Shown here: positions 37,673-47,176 of the stretch, piece after piece
Layout of the letters: each line of letters begins with the position of its first letter
How positions within the stretch are numbered: position 1 is the stretch's first letter
Source: an uncultured Bifidobacteriaceae bacterium
Lineage (GTDB): Bacteria > Verrucomicrobiota > Verrucomicrobiia > Limisphaerales > UBA11358
DNA: 64,000 nt
Assembly (NCBI GenBank): GCA_964618545.1
Contig: CAZUBG010000001.1
Span: 2,885 to 66,884, forward strand
Reading direction: 5' to 3'
Made by a program: the position numbers and the translations under genes
Notes under the pieces: generated by a model
Told to the model about the DNA's origin: nothing
Seen by the model: only the letters and a program-made list of their open reading frames with translations
Databases searched by the model: none

Positions 37673-37900
37673 ATGCAACAGACCGTGCTTATCGGTGAAG
37701 AAAATGATTACTTGAGTTTTCTTTATGTGACCATTCAGGCGGATAATGTATTTGATGGACCGGCCGGCCTTTCATCAGCCGCACAGCCAGCCGTGATGTC
37801 CGATCTCCAGAAATGGATGCAGGAGCAAAGCGAACCAAAAAAGGCCGAACCCAACCCGGGCCAGGAAGAGGCCGTCCAATACATGCCCAAGATCCGGTGA
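37673..37900 (+). CDS. hypothetical small protein (weak)
   Basis: 75-aa ORF in the AT-richer junction region. No motifs recognised. Confidence 0.25.
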   Translation: MQQTVLIGEENDYLSFLYVTIQADNVFDGPAGLSSAAQPAVMSDLQKWMQEQSEPKKAEPNPGQEEAVQYMPKIR

Positions 37901-37964
37901 ACGTGGGGGGGGCCGGACGCTGGGGACGCGCCTTCCTTGCAAAATTCACCCACCACCCCGCCCC

Positions 37965-38090
37965 CGTTACCTAGTAACGAAAAACGGCTCATTTTGACAT
38001 TCTCCCTTGACACACTCTAAACCACTCAATTCCAACGCGTTACCAATCTTGTCAACCCAAATCTGCACCCCACCCCGTTACTAGGTAACG
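37965..38090. promoter_or_regulatory. pair of inverted 15-bp palindromic sites flanking a TTGACA-rich spacer (locus A)
   Basis: cgttacctagtaacg at 37965-37979, and its reverse complement cgttactaggtaacg at 38076-38090. The spacer contains ttgaca twice plus cttgtcaaccc. Confidence 0.5.
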
Positions 38091-38170
38091 AGAATTACCG
38101 AAGAATTTTTATTTTCCGCCCCCATCCCGCCGTTGCCCCCCTGCCCCTGTCGGCCGCACCAGCCGGCACG

Positions 38171-38204
38171 AAAAACCCCGCCCACCAGCCGGTGGGCGGG
38201 GTTT
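38171..38204 (-). terminator. intrinsic terminator of the transketolase-family gene
   Basis: Perfect 11-bp stem ccccgcccacc/ggtgggcgggg (38176-38201) with a 4-nt loop. On the minus strand it is followed by TTTTT (38171-38175), 16 nt after the stop codon. Confidence 0.7.
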
Positions 38205-38220
38205 GAAGAGTCCTTGCGGC

Positions 38221-40293
38221 CTACTTTCCGAGCAGCGCCAGCGCGGCTTCCGCCATCTTCGGCGCGGTGAGCCCGTGCTGCACATACAACTCCTCGGCCA
38301 GGTAGGCGGACTGGCCGAATTCGCCGTGGATGCCGAGCGTTTTGAGGGTGTGGGCAATCCCGGCATTGGAGAGCGCGTGCGACACCTGCGCCCCCATCCC
38401 GCCGATGAACTGGTGGTCTTCGATGGTCACCACCCGGCCGCCGCAGTTTTTGACCGCTTCGCCAATCGTCCCCAGGTCCACCTGGTTCACAAAGGGGTTG
38501 CTGATGACCGTGGCTTTGACGCCCTGGGCGGCCAGAAGTTTCCCGGCTTCAATCGCTTTGTTCACCAGCACCCCGCAGCCGATGAGCACCACGTCGTTGC
38601 CCGTGGAGAGAACTTGCGCCTTGCCCCAGGGATATTGGGCGCCTGCTATCCACGTCAGCGGATAGTTTTCGCGGCCCACAAAGAAGAGGTAGCTGTGGCC
38701 GTCCTCGCCGGCCGCCCGGTCGGCGGCGAACTGATGGATGGCCTGCAGCATCAGGGACTCGGCTTCGTCAGAGCAACTCGGCGCGATGACCAGGGTGTGG
38801 GGAATCGCACTGGTGGCGGCAAAGTAGGTCGTGGCCTGATGGCTCGCGCCATCCGCCGCGTCCTGAAAGCCGACATGCGAAAAAATCGCAATGACCGGCG
38901 CCTGCGAAAGGGCGGACATGGTGAGGGGGAGGTTGCCCTTGGTCACCCCAAACTGGCCGAACGTGTCCACAATCGGGATGAATCCCGCTTTGGACAGGCC
39001 GGCGGCGGTGCTGATCATGTTCGCTTCCGCAATGCCCACCTCGATCCAGCGGTCCGGAAAACTCTTGTGAAACAGGCTGATGCCGGTGGATCCCTGAACG
39101 TCGGCGGAGACTGAAAAGACCGGCAGACCTTCGATGGCCGCGCGGACGGCGGCCTTGGCCAGACCGGTTTGGACCTTCTCCTTTTTCACGGCCGGCGGGG
39201 GATTTGCCGGGGCGCTGGCAGCCTTGGCTTTCTTGGCGGCCTCCTTGATTTCCCATTCGGTGCGGAACGCCCGGGCCCAGGTCGAAAACTCGGCGGGGGC
39301 TTGTCCGCCCCAGATTTCTTCCACGAACTCAATAATCTTCTCACCGTTGGCGAGCGGGAAACCGTGGCCGCCGGAGGCGCTCTCCATGGTGGCTTTCACG
39401 CCAAAGCCTTTGATGGTTTTCGCGATGATGGCGACGGGCCTGGTGGCGTCGGCCCTGGCCAGGGCAAGGGCCTTTTCCAGCGCGAGAAAGACCTCCTGAA
39501 GATCATTGCCGTTGGCAACCGGGATGACGTTCCAGCCCAGCACCGCCAGGCTGGCCAGGGAGGGCTCCATGCTGAAGGCGTCTACCGAGATGCGTCCGGA
39601 AAGCTTGGTGTTGTTGTCGGAGATGATCAGCACGAAGGGATTCAACCGGCCCTTGGCCGCGAGGCCGGGAATCGCCGAGAAGGCTTCCTTGGCTTCGCCT
39701 TCCATGCTCGCGCCGTCACTGACCGTGCAAATCGTGACGCGGTCGTTTCCGGTGAGCCGGTCGCCGATGGCCAGACCCTGCGCCTGCGGCAGCGAACTGC
39801 CGAGCGGACCGTTGCTGAGCAGCACGCCTTCGGGATTCAAATGTGATTCACCATGACCGGTCAGCTTGCTGTGAATACTGCGGAAGCCTTTGAGCGTTTC
39901 ATCGGTCATCCCGTCAAAGCCATACAGCGAACGCACCGCGTAGACGCCGTTTTCACAGTGCCCCGCGTCGTTGGCGAAATGGTAGGCCTCATGCCATTCG
40001 CGGCCCCGCGTGGCGAACATCACGCCGTGAATGGCGGACATGATTTCCGCGAAGGCCGCCGGCCCGCCCCAGTGCGAGGCCGCCCCGCCGATGACCGCGT
40101 GCAGGTCCATCAGCGCCACCAGCGCGCGGCTGGCGCGCGGGTCCGCCAGCGTGACCTCCGCGCCGGCGGCATTCCTGACCGTCACCGAATATTTCGGCGC
40201 GGTCCGGGGCGTGGGTGCGAGTTTGGATTGGAGCTTGAGCGGTGCCAGCGGGGGGGCGGCGACGGCTTTGACGACAGAAGTATCAGCGGCCAT
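38221..40293 (-). CDS. transketolase-family thiamine-diphosphate enzyme (fused N- and C-terminal halves)
   Basis: 690 aa with SHWGGPAAFAEIMSAIH, the TPP-binding VSDGASMEGEAKEAF, and a pyrimidine-binding half (FPDRWIEVGIAEANMIS). It has a ~60-aa Ala/Pro-rich N-terminal extension. Confidence 0.8.
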   Translation of the reverse strand: MAADTSVVKAVAAPPLAPLKLQSKLAPTPRTAPKYSVTVRNAAGAEVTLADPRASRALVALMDLHAVIGGAASHWGGPAAFAEIMSAIHGVMFATRGREWHEAYHFANDAGHCENGVYAVRSLYGFDGMTDETLKGFRSIHSKLTGHGESHLNPEGVLLSNGPLGSSLPQAQGLAIGDRLTGNDRVTICTVSDGASMEGEAKEAFSAIPGLAAKGRLNPFVLIISDNNTKLSGRISVDAFSMEPSLASLAVLGWNVIPVANGNDLQEVFLALEKALALARADATRPVAIIAKTIKGFGVKATMESASGGHGFPLANGEKIIEFVEEIWGGQAPAEFSTWARAFRTEWEIKEAAKKAKAASAPANPPPAVKKEKVQTGLAKAAVRAAIEGLPVFSVSADVQGSTGISLFHKSFPDRWIEVGIAEANMISTAAGLSKAGFIPIVDTFGQFGVTKGNLPLTMSALSQAPVIAIFSHVGFQDAADGASHQATTYFAATSAIPHTLVIAPSCSDEAESLMLQAIHQFAADRAAGEDGHSYLFFVGRENYPLTWIAGAQYPWGKAQVLSTGNDVVLIGCGVLVNKAIEAGKLLAAQGVKATVISNPFVNQVDLGTIGEAVKNCGGRVVTIEDHQFIGGMGAQVSHALSNAGIAHTLKTLGIHGEFGQSAYLAEELYVQHGLTAPKMAEAALALLGK

Positions 40294-40467
40294 AAATAAT
40301 GTGTGCGTTGGTTTAAATGAGCGGACATTTTAAAATAGCACGGTCCAAATGAAAGATTTTTGTTCTGAGAATCACGCACTCCGCCAAACGGCCGCCCGGC
40401 GGTTCAGCGTTCCACCAACAACCCAGTGCGGGTTTGACAGGCGGATGGACGGGGTTAGCATGGACTG

Positions 40468-40896
40468 ATGAAAAACGAAACCGTCACGCGCTTCAGCATT
40501 TCCCTGGCGCCGTCGTTGTTGAAACAGCTCGATCAGATGTCGGCGGAGAAAGGGTATGTCAACCGTTCGCTGGCGGTGGCGGACATGATTCGCAACCAAC
40601 TCGTGGAGCACCAGCAGAAGACCGGTACGGAGGACATCGCCGGCACGATCACGCTGGTCTATGATCACCACAAACCCCACTTGCAGGCGACGCTGACCGG
40701 CATTCAGCATGACCACCACGACGTGATTTTATCCACCGTGCATGTCCACCTGGATCATCACAACTGCCTGGAAGTGCTGCTGGTGCGGGGCCGGGCCGAT
40801 GTCATCCGCAGGATCGCGGATGAATTGATCACGGCCAAAGGCGTGAAACACGGCAAACTGACGGTCACCACCACGGGCCGGGAGTTTGCCGCATAG
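40468..40896 (+). CDS. nikR: nickel-responsive transcriptional regulator NikR
   Basis: Ribbon-helix-helix N-terminus (VTRFSISLAPSLLKQLD) plus a His-rich C-terminal metal-binding domain (GTITLVYDHHKPHL...IQHDHHDVILSTVHVHLDHHNCLEV). Confidence 0.85.
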   Translation: MKNETVTRFSISLAPSLLKQLDQMSAEKGYVNRSLAVADMIRNQLVEHQQKTGTEDIAGTITLVYDHHKPHLQATLTGIQHDHHDVILSTVHVHLDHHNCLEVLLVRGRADVIRRIADELITAKGVKHGKLTVTTTGREFAA

Positions 40897-40939
40897 CCGG
40901 CGGCAAAATGGGCGGCCGTCGCCTCCGGGGGTCCGGCGT

Positions 40940-42307
40940 TTATTGCGCGGTGATTTTCAGCGCATGCGTCACGGGCACAAAAGCCGCCTGGACGGCGGCC
41001 ACCAGGGCATCGTGTTGCTTTTCCGCCGCGCCCGCCACCTCATCGGTGTGGGCGGTGATTTGCGCCATGGATGGGTGGGACGCGCCGGTTTGGCGGAATA
41101 ATTTCTTCACCTCGCCAGTCTCAAAGGCCTGCTTGGCGGCAACGGCCGCGTCCACTTTGGCAAAGGCTTCACTGAACGGGTTGGCGGGGAATTCCGCCGC
41201 CAGATTGATGCCCTTGGCCAACTGATCCGCCGGGAAGGATTTGCTCTCCCCGCCCCAAGCGACTTGGCATTGGGCGGCCGTGGCGTTTTTCACCACGAGA
41301 GTCAGCCGGTTCAGTTCCTGATTAAAGGGAACGAGGGTCATGCCCGAGCTGATGCTGTTGTCCGAATCAAGGCCATCGCGACCGCAGACCGGGTAGGTTT
41401 TGGCCGCCCGGCCCTCCGGCTCACAAGGACAGAACGGATAAAGATGGCTTTCAATTGTGTACTCCCCGCTCCCGGTCGAAACCACTTGATGACCTTTGGA
41501 GACTTTGATCTTGTTCCGCTTCAAATCCACCGTGAAGGTTCCCAGGTCGCCGTTCAAACCCAGAGCCTTCAGATAGGCATAGGCCATGATCAAATGTCCC
41601 GCCCAATGAGGATGCACGCCGTCATTGCCGGGGATGGCATAAGCGGGGCCATAGCGTTGTTGCCCGGCATATCCGCCGGTGAGCATCGGCCAAAAAACAT
41701 CGGCAAATCCCACATGCTCATTTCCGGCAATCATGACATCCAGGTTGCGCAGCCGGCACAAACTCACGTTCAAATCCTCCACGGTGCCGCTGGCCGTCTT
41801 CACCCACCCGGGTGTTTTGCTGACGTCACCGGGCGAACCGAGAATCACCCGAATGTGGTGGGTTTTGAAGGTTTCGACCATTTTCAGCGAATTGGTCTGA
41901 TAAGTCTGGCCGATGCGGTCTTCATAGGGGCGGTACTCAAAGTCGTTCATGCCATAACAGGTCGTGGCGATGGTCGGCTGGAAGCGCAGACAATCATTGG
42001 TCATGCGTGCCAAAAACCCCGGCACGGTTTCCCCGCTCCAGCCGTACTGCCGCACCGAGACTTTCAGTTGCGGAACGCACATCGTGAGGTAATCCTCAAT
42101 GAGGCGGGAATACATCTTCTGCTCGGTGATGGAGTCCCCGCAGATCGCCAGGCGGTCGCCCGTCTTCAGCCACAATTTCGCGGCGGCGGGCGCCTTGAGG
42201 GGCTGAAATTTTTCAAAATAGGCGGCGTCTGGCTTGGTCTCCAGCGCCGGGGCGGCAATCAGGGTCCACTGAGTGAGGCTCAACAGAACGAGGAGTATTG
42301 CCCGCAT
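40940..42307 (-). CDS. secreted SGNH/GDSL-family hydrolase with an additional C-terminal domain
   Basis: Signal peptide, GDS block (LAICGDSITEQ), and GVHPHWAGH near the catalytic His region. Confidence 0.7.
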   Translation of the reverse strand: MRAILLVLLSLTQWTLIAAPALETKPDAAYFEKFQPLKAPAAAKLWLKTGDRLAICGDSITEQKMYSRLIEDYLTMCVPQLKVSVRQYGWSGETVPGFLARMTNDCLRFQPTIATTCYGMNDFEYRPYEDRIGQTYQTNSLKMVETFKTHHIRVILGSPGDVSKTPGWVKTASGTVEDLNVSLCRLRNLDVMIAGNEHVGFADVFWPMLTGGYAGQQRYGPAYAIPGNDGVHPHWAGHLIMAYAYLKALGLNGDLGTFTVDLKRNKIKVSKGHQVVSTGSGEYTIESHLYPFCPCEPEGRAAKTYPVCGRDGLDSDNSISSGMTLVPFNQELNRLTLVVKNATAAQCQVAWGGESKSFPADQLAKGINLAAEFPANPFSEAFAKVDAAVAAKQAFETGEVKKLFRQTGASHPSMAQITAHTDEVAGAAEKQHDALVAAVQAAFVPVTHALKITAQ

Positions 42308-42323
42308 AAAATGAATTTACGGT

Positions 42324-43295
42324 CTAATCCGGATAACCGGCGGGGTGTTTCAGATGCCACGCCCAGGCGGTCGCGACGATGTCGTCCAGTTTCGGATACC
42401 GCGGTTTCCAGCCAAGTTCGCCAATCGCCTTGGTGGCGGAGGCGACCAGCCGGGGGGGATCTCCGGGCCGACGGGGTTTCTCCACGGTCGGGATTTTTTT
42501 GCCGGTGACTTTTTCGCAGGTCTCGATCACCTGGCGCACGGAATAGCCGTCGCCGTTCCCGAGATTGTAGAATCCGGTTTTGCCGGGCTGCAAGCCGAGC
42601 ATGTGGGCCTGGGCGAGGTCGCGGATGTGAATGTAATCGCGGATGCAGGTGCCGTCCGGCGTGGGATAATCGGTGCCGAAAATGTCGCAGTGCGTTTTCT
42701 GGCCGAGGGCGACCTGGAGGACGTTCGGGATGATGTGGCTCTCAATCCGGTGGTGTTCGCCGAATTTTTCGCTCGCCCCGGCGGCGTTGAAATAACGGAA
42801 GGCGATGAAGTCCAGCTTGTAAACCTGACGGTACCAGAGGAGGACTTTTTCAAACATGAGCTTGGCCTCGCCATAAGGGTTGATGGGGCGCTGGGGCAAA
42901 TCCTCCGTCATGGGGATGCGGTCCGGTGGGCCGTAGGTGGCGCAGGTGGAGCTGAAAACAAATTTTTTAACGCCGCATTCCACGGCGGCATCGGCGAACT
43001 TGAGGGCGTTGACGAGGTTGTTGTGGAAATACTTCTTCGGGTTGGTCATGGATTCGCCCACCAGCGCGCTGGCGGCGAAGTGCATGATGGCGTCGGGCTG
43101 GAAGTTCTTGACGGCGTTCAGCACGTCGCCCTCCTCCTCCGGACGTCCGAAAACGAAGGCGGCCCGGGAATCCACCGCCGAGCGGTGGCCTTCCGTGAGA
43201 TTGTCATAAACGGTGACGGCATGGCCCGCATTCAGGAGCTCTTCCGTGCAAATGGAGCCAATGTATCCCGCACCGCCGGTCACAAATACTTTCAT
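42324..43295 (-). CDS. galE: UDP-glucose 4-epimerase
   Basis: MKVFVTGGAGYIGS, the YGEAK catalytic motif (PINPYGEAKLMFE), and RDYIHIRDLAQAH. 323 aa. Confidence 0.92.
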   Translation of the reverse strand: MKVFVTGGAGYIGSICTEELLNAGHAVTVYDNLTEGHRSAVDSRAAFVFGRPEEEGDVLNAVKNFQPDAIMHFAASALVGESMTNPKKYFHNNLVNALKFADAAVECGVKKFVFSSTCATYGPPDRIPMTEDLPQRPINPYGEAKLMFEKVLLWYRQVYKLDFIAFRYFNAAGASEKFGEHHRIESHIIPNVLQVALGQKTHCDIFGTDYPTPDGTCIRDYIHIRDLAQAHMLGLQPGKTGFYNLGNGDGYSVRQVIETCEKVTGKKIPTVEKPRRPGDPPRLVASATKAIGELGWKPRYPKLDDIVATAWAWHLKHPAGYPD

Positions 43296-43391
43296 GACAA
43301 CACTATGAGGGGAAGGAGGCGGGGTGAAAAGTTCAAAAATTCACGGCCGGGTGCAAAAACCGGCCTTGGGTTTTTTATTTTCCGCCAATCC

Positions 43392-43527
43392 CGTTACCTA
43401 GTAACGCGGTTTTTCACCCGCCGCGCCAACCGGAATCGTCAACCCCTTGATTCCATTGGTGTTTTTAGATGTTTTTGTCAAGTAATATTATTTTTTGCGG
43501 TTGCTCATTTTCCGTTACTAGGTAACG
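43392..43527. promoter_or_regulatory. second pair of the same inverted 15-bp palindromic sites (locus B) in the galE / histidine-kinase divergent region
   Basis: cgttacctagtaacg at 43392-43406 and cgttactaggtaacg at 43513-43527. The spacer contains tcgtcaacccc and ttgtcaagtaatatta. Confidence 0.5.
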
Positions 43528-43965
43528 AGTGTTTTTCCCCAACGGCGGCATGATAAAATCATAAAAACACATGAACACCACCCGAACCCGAAAAATCGTG
43601 GTCTGGCTCAACCGCCCCGCCAGCCTGCACAGCCTCCTTAAGCACGAATTGGGCGGCCACCCCGGCCGAACCGAACCTGTCCGTCTTGGATTTCCTCCTC
43701 GCCGGCTGCCTCCGCAGTCCAGGATAAGCCGGAGTCCAACACCGCAGGAAACGGAAAGAACCGGAAAAGAACAATTAAACACAATTAAAAAATCCAACCC
43801 GCCGTTCCGCCCCGGCGGCTTGCGCTTTACACTCTTTTCCCGGGAGCGTAGATTCTGACGACCTCCAAAATCGGATCGGGCCGGTTTTTGCCCGACGGCA
43901 GAAACCCGGAGGGAGACGGCAGCCATGGCGTGAGATCACCAAGCAAATTCAACCGACGGCGACGG

Positions 43966-46900
43966 ATGGGCGTTGGAACCTTTCAACTCGCCCTGCTGGC
44001 GTGGTTTTTTCTGATCCCGGCGGCCTTTGGGCGAGGCCCCGGCCCTCAATACCTGATTGACGTTTGGACGGCGGACAACGGACTGCCGGACAGCTCCGTC
44101 ACCGCCATCACGCAGACCCCCGACGGTTATCTCTGGGTCGGAACGTTCAACGGACTGGTGCGCTTTGACGGCTCCCGGTTTGTCACGTTCGATCCGGCGA
44201 ATGTTCCGGCCCTGGCCCATGCCCGGGTGCGCAAACTTTCGGTGGATGACCAGGGCACCCTGTTCATCAACACTTATGACGGTTCCCTGACCTCGTACCG
44301 GCGGGGGGTGTTCACGCGTGAATGGACGGGCCATGATGAAAAGGATCCGGATGTCAGTTTGATTTCATCGGGCTCCAATGAAGTCACGTTTCTGCTGCAC
44401 CGCGGATCGTTCCGCCGCCGGGCGCAAAATGTCGTGGCCGGCACCAATTGGGAGGACGTCGCGGTTTCCAGCCGGGTGGTTGCACCGCTGTGTCTGGCGG
44501 ATGGCAGCGGGACGATTTGGTATCGCGGTCTGGACCGGTCCTTATGGCGGCTGACCGGCAGTCAGTTCGCGTTGTTGCCCCCGGACGCCGGACTGGCGGG
44601 CCGCCAGATCAGTTGTCTGACCACGGATGCGACCGGACGTTTATGGGCGGGCACGGATCAGGGGATCGCGCGCTGGTCAGGCACGCGGTTTGAGACCGTC
44701 ACGCCCACCAACGGCGAACCGGTGCAGGACGTCAGCGTCCTGTCCATCAATGAGGACGGTTCTTATTGGGCGGTGGTCAATGGCGGTGTGTGGCGGGCCC
44801 GGGACCGCCGCTGGCTGCTGGAGGCGACGGCCCTGCGCAATGTGCTGACCGGCAGCCTGACCCAGATGGGCGCGCAACCGGACCACCAGGGCGGGGCGTG
44901 GTTCCACGAATATCAACGCGGTTTGTTCCATGTGGATGACCGGGGACAGGTGCGGCATTTCGATGCCGACCTGGGGTTCCCGGGCGACCGGATCAATTGT
45001 TTTTTTGAGGATCATGAGGGCAATTGGTGGGCGGGTCTGGATGCCGGCGGCCTGGTCCGGATCCGGGAGCGGCGGTTTCAAACGGTGGCGGAGGGGCAGG
45101 AATTGTCATTCAAACCGGCCAAGTCGGTGTGTGAGGACGCCCAAGGGACGGTCTGGATTGGAACGCTGGGGAACGGTTTGGAATCATTGTCAAGCGAAGG
45201 GACGCTCAACACGCTGCCGATCCCCGGGGACCAGAGCGCGGCGTTTGTCTTCAGCGTTTATCCGGATGCGGCGGGGCGGTTGTGGGTGAGCGCGGGGCTG
45301 GAGGATTTGTTTGTGCTGACTGCGGGTGGAATCGAACGCGTCTCTCCGGTGGTGCATGGGGTGAAAACCATTTTGGCGGATCATGCCGGTGACGTCTGGG
45401 TGGGAACCAAGAATGGTTTGTTTGTCTCCAATCCCGATGCGCCCATGGATTTCAACCTGATCGAGGGGGTCGGACGGGTGGATGTGCGGGCGCTGGCGGA
45501 AGACCGGCGGGGCGTGCTGTGGGCGGGGTCGGAGGACGGCACATTGTTTCTGATCACCAACGGGGTGGTCACGCCCTTTCAGCCGACGGATGCCCCGGCC
45601 TCGTCGCAAGCCATTTGGTCGCTGTTGCCCGATGAGGATGGGAGCGTTTGGGCGGGAACATCGCGGGGCGGGCTGCTGCGGTTCCAAAACGGACGGTTCA
45701 CCCGTTTCGGGAAGCGCGAGGGGCTGCCGGACAACGTTATTTCCCAGATCCTTGATGATGGCAAGGGAAACCTGTGGCTGGGATCCTATCAGGGAATCTT
45801 CCATGTGGCCAAGGCGGCGCTGAGAGAGGCCGGCACCAATTTGATCCCTTGCACCGTCTATGGCCATTCCGACGGTTTGCCCTCCCTAGAGTGTTCCGGC
45901 GGTTACCAACCGGCGGCCTGGCGGGGACAGGACGGGCGTTTGTGGTTCACCACGCTCAAGGGGGTGGTTTCCGTCCAACCCGCCGATTTGCACACCAACC
46001 TCCTGCCGCCGCCCGTGGTCATCGAAGACGTGTTGTTGGACGGTCACAGCCTGCTGTCCTCCACGTCAACGCAGATTCATCCCGAAAACGCGGCCGGCGG
46101 CATTGATCCCGCGCAGCCATGGGTGATCCCACCCGGCAAACATCAGTTCGTCTTCCAATACACAGGCATCAGCCTGGTGTCCTCGGAACGCGTCAAATTT
46201 CGTTACCAGCTTGAAAACGAGGATGCCGGCTGGATTGAGGCCGGCAACCGGCGGTCGGCCCAGTACAGTTATCTGCCCCCCGGGGCCTACCGGTTTCATG
46301 TCATCGCCTGCAACAGCGATGGAATCTGGAATCTGACCGGGGACGCGGTGAAGCTGAAAGTGCTGCCGCATTTTTACGAGTTGGGGTGGTTCCGGCTGCT
46401 GTCGGGAATCTTCATCATCGGAGTGGTCTCGGGCATCCTCCGGCACCTGGCGATGCTGCGCCTGGGCCGGAAAATGGAGCAGTTGGAACGGCAGCATCTG
46501 CTGGAGCGCGAACGCACCCGCATTGCCAAGGACATACACGATGATCTGGGCGCCAGTCTGACGCTCATTGCCGTGCTGGGGGATCTGGCCCGGAAGGAAA
46601 AAACCGGCGACCGGATTGAGAAAATGTCGGGCATGGCGCGCCAGGCGGTGAAGTCGTTGGACGAAATAGTTTGGGCGGTGAATCCGCGCAACGACACACT
46701 GGCCCATCTGATTGATTACACCGGACAATTTGCCACGGATTATCTGCGGGACGCGGGCATCCGCTGCCTGCTGGATGTGCCGGAACAAACGCCCGCGCGC
46801 GAAGTGCCCGCCAATATGAGGCACAACCTTTTTCTGACCGTCAAGGAAGCGCTGCAAAACATCGTGAAACACGCCCGTGCCACCGAGGTCTGGCTGCGGG

Positions 46901-47100
46901 TTTGCGCCACGGATCAAAGCCTGAAGATCGTGGTGGAGGACAATGGCTGCGGTTTTGAGAATCCACCGGAAAACGCGCTGGCAGACGGGCTGCGCAACAT
47001 GCGCCAGCGGTTGGAGGAGATCAAGGCGCATTATCAGATACAAAGCCGCCCGGGGGCGGGCACGGTGATCACCATTGAAGTTTGCTGGCCGTCCGCCTGA
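43966..47100 (+). CDS. sensor histidine kinase with periplasmic beta-propeller/Y_Y_Y-type sensor domain and HisKA_3 + HATPase core
   Basis: Repeated ...LW(V/A)GT..GL... propeller blades, one TM helix (WFRLLSGIFIIGVVSGIL), an H-box RIAKDIHDDLGASLT, and an ATPase region (GCGF...GLRNMRQRL). The ATG at 43966 precedes the signal/TM segment. Confidence 0.85.
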   Translation: MGVGTFQLALLAWFFLIPAAFGRGPGPQYLIDVWTADNGLPDSSVTAITQTPDGYLWVGTFNGLVRFDGSRFVTFDPANVPALAHARVRKLSVDDQGTLFINTYDGSLTSYRRGVFTREWTGHDEKDPDVSLISSGSNEVTFLLHRGSFRRRAQNVVAGTNWEDVAVSSRVVAPLCLADGSGTIWYRGLDRSLWRLTGSQFALLPPDAGLAGRQISCLTTDATGRLWAGTDQGIARWSGTRFETVTPTNGEPVQDVSVLSINEDGSYWAVVNGGVWRARDRRWLLEATALRNVLTGSLTQMGAQPDHQGGAWFHEYQRGLFHVDDRGQVRHFDADLGFPGDRINCFFEDHEGNWWAGLDAGGLVRIRERRFQTVAEGQELSFKPAKSVCEDAQGTVWIGTLGNGLESLSSEGTLNTLPIPGDQSAAFVFSVYPDAAGRLWVSAGLEDLFVLTAGGIERVSPVVHGVKTILADHAGDVWVGTKNGLFVSNPDAPMDFNLIEGVGRVDVRALAEDRRGVLWAGSEDGTLFLITNGVVTPFQPTDAPASSQAIWSLLPDEDGSVWAGTSRGGLLRFQNGRFTRFGKREGLPDNVISQILDDGKGNLWLGSYQGIFHVAKAALREAGTNLIPCTVYGHSDGLPSLECSGGYQPAAWRGQDGRLWFTTLKGVVSVQPADLHTNLLPPPVVIEDVLLDGHSLLSSTSTQIHPENAAGGIDPAQPWVIPPGKHQFVFQYTGISLVSSERVKFRYQLENEDAGWIEAGNRRSAQYSYLPPGAYRFHVIACNSDGIWNLTGDAVKLKVLPHFYELGWFRLLSGIFIIGVVSGILRHLAMLRLGRKMEQLERQHLLERERTRIAKDIHDDLGASLTLIAVLGDLARKEKTGDRIEKMSGMARQAVKSLDEIVWAVNPRNDTLAHLIDYTGQFATDYLRDAGIRCLLDVPEQTPAREVPANMRHNLFLTVKEALQNIVKHARATEVWLRVCATDQSLKIVVEDNGCGFENPPENALADGLRNMRQRLEEIKAHYQIQSRPGAGTVITIEVCWPSA

Positions 47101-47176
47101 AACCAGAAGTCATATCTTTATCCGATGGCCGTCATGAAAATCTGTCCTAAACTTGAAGAAAGCAGTCAGCCGTCAA

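Noticed and set aside
37735-38013. 92-aa minus-strand ORF spanning the first palindrome of locus A
   Set aside because: It overlaps the plus-strand 37673..37900 ORF and runs through the palindrome. Its composition is not coding-like.
40232-40247. Minus-strand TGGCACcgctcaaGCTC within the Ala/Pro-rich N-terminal extension of the transketolase-family ORF
   Set aside because: It is tempting as a promoter that would shorten the gene to a GTG start. But it lies inside an open frame, ends in GCTC rather than GCTA, and no in-frame ATG follows before conserved residues. It could be revisited with 5'-end data.
42345-43553. 402-aa plus-strand ORF; similar long ORFs at 20105..21400, 21560..22630, 23119..24249, 38203..39114, 46066..47043 and 50837..51892
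   Set aside because: Each is the reverse-strand shadow of a confidently identified gene (galE, dihydropyrimidinase, PreA-like, amidase, transketolase, kinase, treS). None has recognisable motifs.
43571-43858. 95-aa ORF between the palindrome pair and the propeller kinase gene
   Set aside because: The product is an Arg/Pro/Thr-rich low-complexity translation with no SD-like sequence or motifs. The region is more likely a 5' leader or regulatory DNA.
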